Assembly: GCA_017545525.1 (NCBI GenBank)
Contig: JAFWMT010000003.1
Location: 60,694 to 124,693, forward strand
Reading direction: 5' to 3'
Origin: Candidatus Saccharimonadota bacterium
GTDB taxonomy: Bacteria > Patescibacteriota > Saccharimonadia > Saccharimonadales > Saccharimonadaceae
Length of the DNA stretch: 64,000 nucleotides
Both the position numbers and the translations under genes were made by a program. Numbering within the stretch: position 1 is the stretch's first letter; each line of letters opens with the position of its first letter. The notes beneath the pieces were generated by a model. That model did no database searches, was not told the origin of the DNA, and saw only the letters and a list, made by a program, of their open reading frames with translations. Shown piece by piece: positions 9,696 to 18,865 of this stretch.

Positions 9696-9783
9696 GCTAA
9701 ATATTATAGCATATTTGGTTGATATTGTGGTAAAATAGGGGTAAAGGTTATGATAATTAATGGTGGGCAGAGGAGGTTGCCAC

Positions 9784-11400
9784 ATGAAAAATAAAAAATG
9801 TAAATATATATTTGTAACTGGGGGTGTGCTTTCTGGAGTAGGCAAAGGAATTACGGCAGCTTCAATTGGGGCGATTCTGAAAGCGAAGGGTTATAATGTG
9901 ACGATGCAAAAATGTGACCCGTATCTAAATGTGGATGCGGGACTTTTGAATCCGGTGGAGCATGGTGAATGTTTCGTAACACATGATGGAGTGGAGACGG
10001 ATTTGGATTTAGGTCATTATGAAAGATTTTTAGATTTTGAAACTTCAAAATATTCGATTACGCTTTCAGGTTCGATTTATAAAGAATTAATTGAGCGAGA
10101 ACGAGCGGGGGGATTTCATGGAAAGACAGTACAACTAGTGCCGCATTTTACGGGATTAGTGTGTGAGAAAATCGAAAAGGCTTCGGCGGAGAGCGATATT
10201 CATATTGTTGAGATCGGTGGGACGGTAGGCGATTATGAAGGGTTACCGTTCATTGAAGCGATTAGACTGTTCGCGAATAAAGTAGGAAGAAGAAATTGTC
10301 TATATGTTTCGGTAGTTTATGTACCATTTATCCATACGTCGAATGAATTAAAAACTAAACCGGCGCAAAATGCATTAAAAGATTTACGAGGGTTTGGAAT
10401 TATCCCGGATATTGTATGTGTAAGAACAGAAAAACCTTGCGCGCGAGCGATTTGCGAAAAGATCGCGAGTTTCTCGGGAATTGCACCGGAGGCGGTGTTG
10501 AATTTGCCAGATATCAATTCGGTTTATGATGTACCATTTAATGTTTTGAAATCGGGAGTACTAGAAATTCTGAATGATTTTATGGGAGATAAAAGAGAAC
10601 CAGACATGTCGCGTTGGCAGGAGTTTTCAAAGAGGAGAGCGCGTAAATATCCGAAGACGGTAAAAGTAGGATTAGTAGCGAAGTATGTGGGAAATGATGA
10701 TACGTATATGTGTGTGACGGAGGCTTTAAAGGCGGCGGGAGCGTGGAACGGAGTGAACTTAGATTTGAGATGGCTGAACGCAGAAGCGGTGACGGAAAAG
10801 GATTTGAAAAGTGTAGACGGAATTGTGGTACCGGGCGGTTTTGGAGCGCGAGGAGTTGAAGGAAAAATAAAGGCGGCGGAATATGCGTTAAAAAATGATG
10901 TGCCATATCTTGGGCTATGTTTAGGCATGCAGGTAGCTTGTATTGGAGCAGCGAGAAGAGCTGGTTTGAAGAAAGCAAATTCGGAAGAGTTTGGTGCGAG
11001 TGAAAATGATGGAAATAATGTAATATATATAATGGAAGACCAGAAGGGGAAAGAATCGACGGGTGGGACGATGCGTTTAGGAGATTATGTAGCGAGATTG
11101 GTGCCGAAAACAAAAACGGAGAAGATTTATAGGAAATATAAAGCTGGAAAAGAAATAAAAGATGGGTATGAAGTAGTTGAAAGGCATCGCCATCGGTATG
11201 AGGTGAATCAAAAGTATTTGAAAGAAATGGAAAAGGGCGGGATTAAAGTTTCAGGGACCTCGCCGGACGGGAAGTTGGTAGAATTTATTGAAGCGCCTGG
11301 TCATAAATTCTTTGTGGCGACACAAGCGCATCCAGAATTTAAATCTAGACCGCTTTCAACACACCCGCTTTTTATGGAATTTATTAAAAGTTTAAAGTAG
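9784..11400 (+). CDS. pyrG: CTP synthase
   Basis: KYIFVTGGVLSGVGKGI..., GLCLGMQ glutamine amidotransferase motif. Start chosen at ATG 9784 behind ggagg (track start 9760 overlaps the tRNA region). Confidence 0.92.
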   Translation: MKNKKCKYIFVTGGVLSGVGKGITAASIGAILKAKGYNVTMQKCDPYLNVDAGLLNPVEHGECFVTHDGVETDLDLGHYERFLDFETSKYSITLSGSIYKELIERERAGGFHGKTVQLVPHFTGLVCEKIEKASAESDIHIVEIGGTVGDYEGLPFIEAIRLFANKVGRRNCLYVSVVYVPFIHTSNELKTKPAQNALKDLRGFGIIPDIVCVRTEKPCARAICEKIASFSGIAPEAVLNLPDINSVYDVPFNVLKSGVLEILNDFMGDKREPDMSRWQEFSKRRARKYPKTVKVGLVAKYVGNDDTYMCVTEALKAAGAWNGVNLDLRWLNAEAVTEKDLKSVDGIVVPGGFGARGVEGKIKAAEYALKNDVPYLGLCLGMQVACIGAARRAGLKKANSEEFGASENDGNNVIYIMEDQKGKESTGGTMRLGDYVARLVPKTKTEKIYRKYKAGKEIKDGYEVVERHRHRYEVNQKYLKEMEKGGIKVSGTSPDGKLVEFIEAPGHKFFVATQAHPEFKSRPLSTHPLFMEFIKSLK

Positions 11401-11435
11401 ACTAATTTCGTTTCCGGTTGTGCTATAATGGTACT

Positions 11436-13058
11436 ATGGACGAAAATGAGGTTCAGCTAAAACGAAGACAAAATGAAGAGAATGCGACAGAATCACGAGC
11501 GCGAATTTTGGGTTTGCCATATTTAGACACGCGCGAATTTGAAGAAGCGATCCCGCTAGTGCCAGATTTAATACCAGTGACGGAAATGCACGAAAAGTTT
11601 TTGATTCCTTTACAGAAAGGCGGAGGCGAGGAACATTATCAGTTCATGGTGACGAGTCAAACACCGCGGACTTTAATTGAGCAAATGCGAAAAGAATATG
11701 CGGATGAAGGTGAGAAAGTAGATTTTTTCTTAATTTCCGGTTCGGCTTATAAAGTTTTCATGCTACGGTATGATCCGCCGAAAGTAATACATTATGATGA
11801 TATTAAGATTGCTGGAGAAGGTGATTCAGAGACAATTGCGTCAGTATCGAAAACCTTATCGATGGTTTCGACGGAAAAAGTATTTGATTTTTTAATCGAT
11901 CAAGCGGATAAATTGTCGGCGTCGGATATACACATCGAAAATTTAAGAAATGAAATTCGAATTCGGATGCGAGTTGACGGGATTTTGCATCCAGTGGCGG
12001 TGATTGATAGAGATAGATATCGGATTTTTCTGGGCGAATTGTCATCGCGAGCAAATGTCTCGACAGCATCGAATAAACCGCAATCTGGACACATGCAGAA
12101 AGAAATCCACCGTGACGGAGCGACACATTTATTAAATATTAGAGTTGAAACAATTCCAACGATGTATGGGCAGGATGCGGTACTACGTTTGTTTAATTTT
12201 GATGAATCATTATTAAATTTAGATTTACTCGGTTTGTCGGAAGAAGAGCGAGCGGAGATTAATGAAGTGATTTCGCATCCGAGAGGTTTAGTTTTAATGG
12301 TTGGTCCGACTGGTTCTGGTAAATCGACAACTTTATATTCTATGTTAAATGCTTTAAATACGACGGATAGAAAGATAATTACTTTGGAAGACCCGATTGA
12401 ATATGGTATTACGGGTATTTCGCAGATTCCGGTGAATACGAATGCGGGAGGGTCATTTGCAGAAGGGTTGAGAAGTGTTTTAAGATTAGACCCGGATGTC
12501 GTAATGGTGGGGGAGATTCGAGATGCGGATACAGCGAAAACGGCAATTCAAGCTTCGATTACGGGGCATTTAGTTCTATCGTCGTTCCACGCCAATTCGA
12601 CAAGTGCGGCGTTTTCGCGAATGATTGATTTGATTGGTGTAAATCCAATTTTTTCAAGTTCGATTAGGTTAATCATCGCGCAGAGATTAGTGAGAAAATT
12701 AGCTGCGTCTAAAAAAGCGAGGCCAGCGACGGAAGCGGAAGCGGATTATATTCGTGGAGCCTTGAAGTCGGTGCCGGAGGAAAAATTAGCTGGGGTAGAT
12801 TTAGAGAATATTACAGTATATGATCCGGTAGTGACAGAAGAAAATCCGTTTGGATATGATGGACGAACGGTGATTATGGAACAATTAGTAGTTTCAGATG
12901 ATATTCAGGCGTTTATTCGAGGCGAGGTAGCTGATATTAATACGAAGGCAATTGAAGAGACGGCGAAGAAAAATGGGATGCTGACCTTAGAACAGAAGGG
13001 GATTTTGGCGGTACTAAGAGGCGATACAACGTTAGAGGAAGTATCACGCGTAATATAA
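11436..13058 (+). CDS. pilB: type IV pilus / type II secretion ATPase (PilB/GspE family)
   Basis: Walker A GPTGSGKST, Asp box and His box (SSFHANST). Start moved to ATG 11436 because TGCTATAAT sits inside the track's TTG-initiated extension. Confidence 0.85.
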   Translation: MDENEVQLKRRQNEENATESRARILGLPYLDTREFEEAIPLVPDLIPVTEMHEKFLIPLQKGGGEEHYQFMVTSQTPRTLIEQMRKEYADEGEKVDFFLISGSAYKVFMLRYDPPKVIHYDDIKIAGEGDSETIASVSKTLSMVSTEKVFDFLIDQADKLSASDIHIENLRNEIRIRMRVDGILHPVAVIDRDRYRIFLGELSSRANVSTASNKPQSGHMQKEIHRDGATHLLNIRVETIPTMYGQDAVLRLFNFDESLLNLDLLGLSEEERAEINEVISHPRGLVLMVGPTGSGKSTTLYSMLNALNTTDRKIITLEDPIEYGITGISQIPVNTNAGGSFAEGLRSVLRLDPDVVMVGEIRDADTAKTAIQASITGHLVLSSFHANSTSAAFSRMIDLIGVNPIFSSSIRLIIAQRLVRKLAASKKARPATEAEADYIRGALKSVPEEKLAGVDLENITVYDPVVTEENPFGYDGRTVIMEQLVVSDDIQAFIRGEVADINTKAIEETAKKNGMLTLEQKGILAVLRGDTTLEEVSRVI

Positions 13059-13102
13059 TATCTTATAAAAAAATCAATAGTTTTTCTGAATTTATGATCT
13101 GA

Positions 13103-13179
13103 ATGGTGGGGGTATTTGGATTCGAACCAAAGACACTGCGTGTATAAGACGCATGCTCTAACCAGCTGAGCTATACCCC
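13103..13179 (-). tRNA. tRNA-Ile (anticodon TAT)
   Basis: GGGGGTA/TACCCCC acceptor, GCTC/GAGC D-stem, anticodon stem TGCGT/ACGCA with loop CTTATAC, TTCGAAT T-loop, CCA. Confidence 0.75.
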
Positions 13180-13218
13180 CGCTACTTTATTTTACCATAA
13201 AATGATATAATGATAAGC

Positions 13219-13647
13219 ATGAACGGGATTAAAACGGCAATTCGGCGGATGAAGTTTCGGATGAAGCATGATTTTTTTTCGGTTGAAAACGTAGTATTAA
13301 TTTTAGCGATTATTTTATGTTTGGTTTGGACTTATCAATCGATTGTAGCAATGTCGAGAAACTGGAGCTTAACGGAAAAATTGGCAATGGAGAAAAAAGA
13401 GTTGGAACTTCTGACTGTGCAAGTTGAGGCGGATGAATTGGAAAATGATTATTATCGCTCGGACGAATATCAAGAACTTTTGGCGAGGAAATATCTAGAT
13501 AAAAAAATGGAGGGGGAGAATATGGTAGTATTGCCAAAAAATTCGGAAGAAGCAAAAAATAAGCATAAAAAGGTGAAAGCGGAAGCGAGTGAAGAAGATT
13601 ATTCGAATTTTGAGGAATGGATGAGATATTTATTCCCGAATTTTTAA
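13219..13647 (+). CDS. FtsB/DivIC-like septum formation initiator (bitopic, coiled coil)
   Basis: TM helix followed by a coiled coil and ...YQELLARKYLDKKMEGENMVVLP. Start set at ATG 13219, 7 nt after TATAAT. Confidence 0.5.
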   Translation: MNGIKTAIRRMKFRMKHDFFSVENVVLILAIILCLVWTYQSIVAMSRNWSLTEKLAMEKKELELLTVQVEADELENDYYRSDEYQELLARKYLDKKMEGENMVVLPKNSEEAKNKHKKVKAEASEEDYSNFEEWMRYLFPNF

Positions 13648-13689
13648 AGATTTTTTTAAATTTTTTTATGCTTATGGTATAATGAAAAT

Positions 13690-14787
13690 ATGAAAAAGAG
13701 TAGACTAGGCTTTACTTTAATTGAAGTAGCGTTGTTTTTGGCGGTGACCGGGATGTTATTTGTGGGCATTGCGGTAGGAGTACAAAATTCGATTTATCAA
13801 CAAAGATATAATGATTCAGTGCAAAACTATGTTGAGTTTTTGAGAAGTGTTTATTCGCAGGTGATGAATGTGCAGAGTTTAGGAGAAGGGAGAACGGAAC
13901 AGGCGATTTATGGAAAATTGGTGACGTTTGGAGAGAGCGTGGATTTGTCTGGATGCCCGGTAAATGGAAACACTGAGGTGGTGGCGGGATGTGATGAAGA
14001 TAATAGAAACAAAAATATGATTTTTACATATGATGTGGTGGGATGGATTGGCGTAGACGATAGTGGCTTGAATGTTTTGGATGCTTTGGACAAGGCGAAT
14101 GCAAATGTAATTGATGTGGAATCAAATGAACTTGAGGGTACTGGTTCAGTAGAGCCGGTGGGTATTATAGAAAGTTATGTACCAAAGTGGACGGCACAGA
14201 TTCAGAATACGAGCGAAAATTATGAGCTTTTCAAAGGAGCATTGTTGATTGCACGACATCCGCGTTCAGGTACAGTTTATACTTATGTTTTGGATGGAGA
14301 GACGATTGAAGTAAATAAGTTTATAGATAAACAGACGACCGATTTTCAAGAAGTAAAAGGGCAAATAACGGAGGCGACAGAGACAATAAATAATAAAAAT
14401 GATGAGATTGCGGGGTACAATGATCAAATAGCGACAATTCAGGGTGAATTAAGTGATTCAGAGTTGAGTGAAGAACAGCAATCTGAAATAGAAAGATTGG
14501 AAGGATTGATAAATGAGGCTAACATGGCAATTGATGTAGCAAACGGTAAAAAAACGGTAGCAGAGAGCGAGAGAGCGAATATCATTAGAGGCATGAAAGA
14601 AAATGCGTTGAGAGACGCATTAAGAGGTGGTAAGTTTGAAATGAAAGCGGTAGATTTTTGCGTAAATCCGAATGGCGACGAAAAAGGAGGGTTAAGGAGA
14701 GATGTTAGAATAATAGCAAAAGCTAGGAATTCTTCGGGAGTTGAGTTGTTGTCGGATGAGGATAGTCAATGCAAGCGAGGGGATTAA
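13690..14787 (+). CDS. prepilin-type (class III signal) protein with long coiled-coil insert
   Basis: MKKSRLG/FTLIEVALFLAVTGMLF prepilin cleavage-methylation motif. 365 aa. Confidence 0.7.
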   Translation: MKKSRLGFTLIEVALFLAVTGMLFVGIAVGVQNSIYQQRYNDSVQNYVEFLRSVYSQVMNVQSLGEGRTEQAIYGKLVTFGESVDLSGCPVNGNTEVVAGCDEDNRNKNMIFTYDVVGWIGVDDSGLNVLDALDKANANVIDVESNELEGTGSVEPVGIIESYVPKWTAQIQNTSENYELFKGALLIARHPRSGTVYTYVLDGETIEVNKFIDKQTTDFQEVKGQITEATETINNKNDEIAGYNDQIATIQGELSDSELSEEQQSEIERLEGLINEANMAIDVANGKKTVAESERANIIRGMKENALRDALRGGKFEMKAVDFCVNPNGDEKGGLRRDVRIIAKARNSSGVELLSDEDSQCKRGD

Positions 14788-15701
14788 TGAAGGATTTTAA
14801 AAAAGGCTTTACGATAGTTGAACTTTCGCTTTCGATTGCTTTTATTGGGATTCTTTCAATTACGATAGTATTGATTATAAATAATACGATAGTTTCTTAT
14901 CGAAGGGGAATTGTTCTAAACCAAATTAATACGGTGGGAATGGATATAGTAGATGATATGAGGGCGGCAGTGCAGAATTCGCCTGGGAGATCTCTACTAA
15001 ATGAATGCTCGGTATTATATGAGGGGAAAAATGCTGAATCTTTGGAGTCATGTTTGCTAGATGGCGGGAAGAAGCTGGTATCAGTGACTAGAGATGCGGT
15101 TGTAAGGATAAATGGACAAGATAAAACAGTGCCTGTATTTGGAGCATTTTGCACGGGTAAATATTCATATATTTGGAATTCTGGTTATTTCTTTTCTAAT
15201 GAATACCAAATTGAGAATAATTTAGGTGCTGCAACATTGAAATACAAGAAGAGCGATACCGAAACGCCTACGGTAGAAAATTTTAAGTTGTTAAAGGTAG
15301 AAGATGACCAAAGGGCGGTTTGTATATCGGCGATTAATGGGTATGGTAAAAATGGGAATGGTCCTGTATATAATAACCAGGGGAATAGGGGCAATTTGAA
15401 GAATGAATTTGATATAAGCGATCTTAGTGTGATAATGTATGATGAGCCTGTGGAAGTTTTATCAAAAAGCGGAGAAAATAATTTGGCGATTTATGATGTA
15501 GAAGTGGCAAAGCCGGCGGAAGGTGGGGAGATGAATAATATCTTTTATGCGGTCTCGTTTATTTTGGGTACAGTTCAGGGAGGGATTAATGTGAAGACGG
15601 CTGGTAATTTCTGTGCGACGCCGAATGATTATGAGAATGAAAATTTTGATTATTGTGCGATTAATAAATTTAATTTTGCTGTGCAGGCAAATGGAGAGTA
15701 G
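14787..15701 (+). CDS. prepilin-type minor pilin-like protein
   Basis: MKDFKKG/FTIVELSLSIAFIGILS. The ATG overlaps the upstream TAA by 1 nt. Confidence 0.7.
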   Translation: MKDFKKGFTIVELSLSIAFIGILSITIVLIINNTIVSYRRGIVLNQINTVGMDIVDDMRAAVQNSPGRSLLNECSVLYEGKNAESLESCLLDGGKKLVSVTRDAVVRINGQDKTVPVFGAFCTGKYSYIWNSGYFFSNEYQIENNLGAATLKYKKSDTETPTVENFKLLKVEDDQRAVCISAINGYGKNGNGPVYNNQGNRGNLKNEFDISDLSVIMYDEPVEVLSKSGENNLAIYDVEVAKPAEGGEMNNIFYAVSFILGTVQGGINVKTAGNFCATPNDYENENFDYCAINKFNFAVQANGE

Positions 15702-15704
15702 AAA

Positions 15705-17069
15705 ATGAGGAAGATGAAGAATCATTTTAAAAAAGGGGCAGCGTCGTTTTATATTGTAGCGTTTTCAACATTGATATTAGTAATCATTGCGGCTAGTTTT
15801 GCGGCGATTATTGTTTCGGAAATGACAAGGACGTCAAATGATGATTTGGCACAATCAGCGTATGATTCGGCATTGGCTGGAATAGAAGATGCGAAATTGG
15901 CAGTGGCAAATTACCAGACTTGTGCACAATCTAATGCAGGAGTAGCAGATGGGTTAAATAAGGATGGAAATTTATCTTGTAGCGAGATTCGATATTTAGT
16001 GGAAGAGAGTAATAGCTGTGATATGGTGGGGTATATTACTGGAAGATTAAAAGATACACCCGATGAAAAGGTTGGAGAGATTTTGGTACAAGAATCATCA
16101 ACTGCAGGTCAAGGTAATAATATGCAACAGGCATACACTTGCGTAAAAATTGATATGTCGCCAGATAATTATACAGCAACTATGTCGGAGAGGAGTCCGA
16201 CGAAAGTTATAAAGTTGAAATTCGAAGAGTTTAATGGTCAACCAGTTGAGCCATTAATTAAAAGGGTGAAAATAAGTTGGCTGTCAGGTTCGAATAACAC
16301 AAGTAATTCTTACACTAATTTTAAAGAAGAAGGAGAGGATAAAGGAGTTACGTTCCCGAGTATCAGTAATATGTTTAAGCCAGCGACTCCGCCAACAATT
16401 TCAGTAGGTTTTATACAAACTGGCGAGAATTTCACTCTAGATGATTTCGGAATGACTAGAAATGGGCAAACAGATAGAGCGATGGTCTATTTGGTACCGA
16501 CCGATAGTAAAACATTGGCAAGGCAAAGAAAAGACGATAATTACATTGGAGCATATAATGGTAGTGAAAATGTTGTTGGAGTTAACGAAGTCTTAAAATC
16601 AAATGATAAAACGGTGAAGAATTTGCCTTATGCGGTGTATTGTCCAGAAGATTCAACAGAATTTAGTTGTTCAACAACAATTGAATTACCGGATCCGATA
16701 GGCGGAACTCGCAATAGTGAGACATTTGTGTTTGTGGTTTCGTTACCATACGGAAAGCCAACAACTGATTTTAAGTTGGAGTTTCTTTGTGATGTTAATT
16801 GCGGGACGCTCAAAACTTATACGGTGAATGATGAGGGTGGGGTTGATGAACATTCAGAAGATAAGACTCAGGCATTGTTAGATGGAATTCAAATAAAAAT
16901 TGATTCAACTGGTAGAGCGAACGATTTGTTTAGAAGGGTAGAGACTAGATTAGAGCCAGAAGACAACCTTTCACTTTCGATTTTAGGACCGCTCGAATTG
17001 TTAGGCGAAGGTGGTGGGGATGCTTTGAAAAAAGATTATGCAGTGACGAAAGAATGGAATTTTAGGTAG
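15705..17069 (+). CDS. PilX/TadG-like pilus-associated protein (N-terminal TM, no G/F-T-L-E site)
   Basis: KKGAASFYIVAFSTLILVIIAASFAAIIVSE hydrophobic N-terminus. Lies directly after two pilin genes. Confidence 0.45.
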   Translation: MRKMKNHFKKGAASFYIVAFSTLILVIIAASFAAIIVSEMTRTSNDDLAQSAYDSALAGIEDAKLAVANYQTCAQSNAGVADGLNKDGNLSCSEIRYLVEESNSCDMVGYITGRLKDTPDEKVGEILVQESSTAGQGNNMQQAYTCVKIDMSPDNYTATMSERSPTKVIKLKFEEFNGQPVEPLIKRVKISWLSGSNNTSNSYTNFKEEGEDKGVTFPSISNMFKPATPPTISVGFIQTGENFTLDDFGMTRNGQTDRAMVYLVPTDSKTLARQRKDDNYIGAYNGSENVVGVNEVLKSNDKTVKNLPYAVYCPEDSTEFSCSTTIELPDPIGGTRNSETFVFVVSLPYGKPTTDFKLEFLCDVNCGTLKTYTVNDEGGVDEHSEDKTQALLDGIQIKIDSTGRANDLFRRVETRLEPEDNLSLSILGPLELLGEGGGDALKKDYAVTKEWNFR

Positions 17070-17096
17070 CAAAAAGCTAGAAGAGATATTTGTCAG

Positions 17097-17125
17097 ATTG
17101 ACAAAATTATAAACTTAAGATATAA
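17097..17125 (+). promoter_or_regulatory. consensus sigma70 promoter for tRNA-fMet
   Basis: TTGACA (17097-17102), 17 nt, TATAAT (17120-17125). The tRNA starts 13 nt downstream. Confidence 0.7.
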
Positions 17126-17137
17126 TGTATGGTGTGA

Positions 17138-17214
17138 CGTGGGGTAGAGCAGTCTGGTAGCTCGTTTGGCTCATAACCAAAAGGTCGTTGGTTCAAATCC
17201 AACCCCCACAACCA
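17138..17214 (+). tRNA. initiator tRNA-fMet (anticodon CAT)
   Basis: C1-A72 mismatch and CGTGGGGTAGAGCAG...CTCATAA...AAGGTCGTTGGTTCAAATCC...CAACCA, closely resembling E. coli tRNA-fMet. Confidence 0.85.
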
Positions 17215-17228
17215 TATTTATAGTAATT

Positions 17229-17247
17229 CTCCGTAAGGAGTTTTTTT
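17229..17247 (+). terminator. weak hairpin + T7 run
   Basis: ctcc-gtaa-ggag then ttttttt. The stem is only 4 bp. Confidence 0.35.
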
Positions 17248-18622
17248 AATGCCTATATTTTTTGCCAAGTAGTTTTTTAGTAGCAAGTTTTATGAGGTAA
17301 CTATAATTATTAATAATGTGCGGAGTGCTAGCGATTTCGAGGATAGAAAGACGATGGCGGATGGCGATAGCAATTTCGTTGATAATGTATTCAGCATTTG
17401 GGGCGACAATAGTAGCACCGAGAAGATGACCATTTTTGTCTGACAGAAGTTTAACGAAACCGTATTCTAAGTTATCGATTTTACTAATAGGAAGTTCAGT
17501 CAAATTAATTAGCGCTTTTTTATATTTTCGTTTTAGACGAATGAGGTCGCTTTCATTGAAGCCGACTGTTGCTACTTCGGGATAAGTTTTAACTAGGCGA
17601 GTGAAGCCATTGTAATTTACGATGTTTTTAGCTTTGCTTAATAAATTAGAAGCTAATATAGTGCCTTCATAATTGGTAAGTTCGGTCGAGGAATCTTTTC
17701 CAAGACAATCGCCAATGGCATAAATGTTTTTGGCGGAAGTGCCGAAAAGTTTGTTGACCATAATACCAGTTTCTTTATATTTTACGCCAGCATTTTCTAG
17801 ACCGTAATCTAAGATGGGCTCGCTACCGGTTGCGAGTACGACGTTTTCAATACGAATCATTTTTTCAGAATTAGCATTACGGAATATTACACATTTACCT
17901 TCTCTATCTTTTTCTAGAGCAATGACTTTACAATGAGGGAGTACCATCATATCGAATTTTTTAGTGAAATAATTAGTTAGAGTTTCACTAACTTCTTTGT
18001 CTTCACGAGGCAGAATACGTTCGGCGGATTCCATAAGAATAACTTTGGAGCCGAGTTCGGCGAAGTAGTTGGCGATTTCACAACCGGTTGAGCCGGCGCC
18101 AACGACTAGGATAGCTTTAGGGATGCGACGAACCTTTAAGGCAGTTTCAGGAGTAAGATAATTAACGATATCGGTTCCGACAATATCAGTTATTTTGAGA
18201 TGAGCACCAGTTGCGAGGATGAAATTTGCGGAAGTAAATTTTTTAGTTCCGATAGCGATGGTATGTGCGTCGATGAAATTAGCATAGCCATTTAAGCAGA
18301 TAACACCAGCGTTTTCAAAAAGTTTTTTATAGTCTTTTCCGATAGCTAAAATAGTATTAAGTTCGCGAGTGAGAAGGGTTGGGAGGCTAAAAGTAGGGTC
18401 TTGATTCCTAAATTCTGGGTAATGGGAAAGTTTTGAAAAAGTATTAGAAAAGTCTAACGAAAGCGCATAAGGTATATCACGAGTATTAATATTAGACCCA
18501 CCGAAGTGATTTTTTTCAATTAATGCGACGCGTTTTTTTCCTTTAGCAAGAGCTAAAGCAGCAGCGGAACCAGCGGGACCACTACCAATAACTATATATT
18601 CAAAATTATATTTTTTACTCAT
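17246..18622 (-). CDS. class I pyridine nucleotide-disulfide oxidoreductase fold (Lpd-like) lacking the redox CxxxxC
   Basis: GSGPAGSAAA FAD motif and GAGSTGCE NAD motif. The position of GGTCLNVGC reads GGSNINTRD. Confidence 0.7.
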   Translation of the reverse strand: MSKKYNFEYIVIGSGPAGSAAALALAKGKKRVALIEKNHFGGSNINTRDIPYALSLDFSNTFSKLSHYPEFRNQDPTFSLPTLLTRELNTILAIGKDYKKLFENAGVICLNGYANFIDAHTIAIGTKKFTSANFILATGAHLKITDIVGTDIVNYLTPETALKVRRIPKAILVVGAGSTGCEIANYFAELGSKVILMESAERILPREDKEVSETLTNYFTKKFDMMVLPHCKVIALEKDREGKCVIFRNANSEKMIRIENVVLATGSEPILDYGLENAGVKYKETGIMVNKLFGTSAKNIYAIGDCLGKDSSTELTNYEGTILASNLLSKAKNIVNYNGFTRLVKTYPEVATVGFNESDLIRLKRKYKKALINLTELPISKIDNLEYGFVKLLSDKNGHLLGATIVAPNAEYIINEIAIAIRHRLSILEIASTPHIINNYSYLIKLATKKLLGKKYRH

Positions 18623-18624
18623 TC

Positions 18625-18864
18625 TTATATTATTTTATCACGATTTTCATAAACATAAGCTAAATCGGCGTGATATTTTTTTAATTCTTTCAAAATGGCT
18701 CTTTCTAAATCTTTCTCAGTAATGATAGTTTTTGTTCTCAAAGTTTTTTTCGCATCGGAAAGAGATCTTTTGATAAAGATTTCAGCAGAGCCGATTGGGA
18801 TACCAAGGCCGAGGGCGTCAATTTTGAGTTCGTGGATAATGGATTGCTCGTTAAAGTCTTTCAT
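18625..18864 (-). CDS. small hypothetical protein (79 aa)
   Basis: ORF tightly packed between two minus-strand genes. No motif. Confidence 0.45.
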   Translation of the reverse strand: MKDFNEQSIIHELKIDALGLGIPIGSAEIFIKRSLSDAKKTLRTKTIITEKDLERAILKELKKYHADLAYVYENRDKII

Positions 18865-18865
18865 A

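Noticed and set aside
9402-9845. 147-aa minus-strand ORF from the track
   Set aside because: It runs through tRNA-Ser, the duplicated tRNA end, a terminator hairpin and the pyrG start region. Its composition is that of non-coding or antisense sequence.
10524-11113. Antisense ORFs inside pyrG. The same applies to 40406-40954 and 41387-41752 in pnp, 59428-59976 in radA, 29484-29897, 21918-22265 and 60875-61171.
   Set aside because: Each lies fully within a confidently identified gene on the opposite strand. These are typical shadow ORFs with S/P/L-rich low-complexity translations.
11418-11435. N-terminal extensions proposed by the ORF track (11418 TTG, 13210, 38910, 44106, 46892, 53733 TTG, 9760, 33257, 37427, 19627, 53305)
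   Set aside because: The extensions contain the -10 promoter box or overlap the neighbouring gene or tRNA. An internal ATG with a leaderless or SD context fits better.
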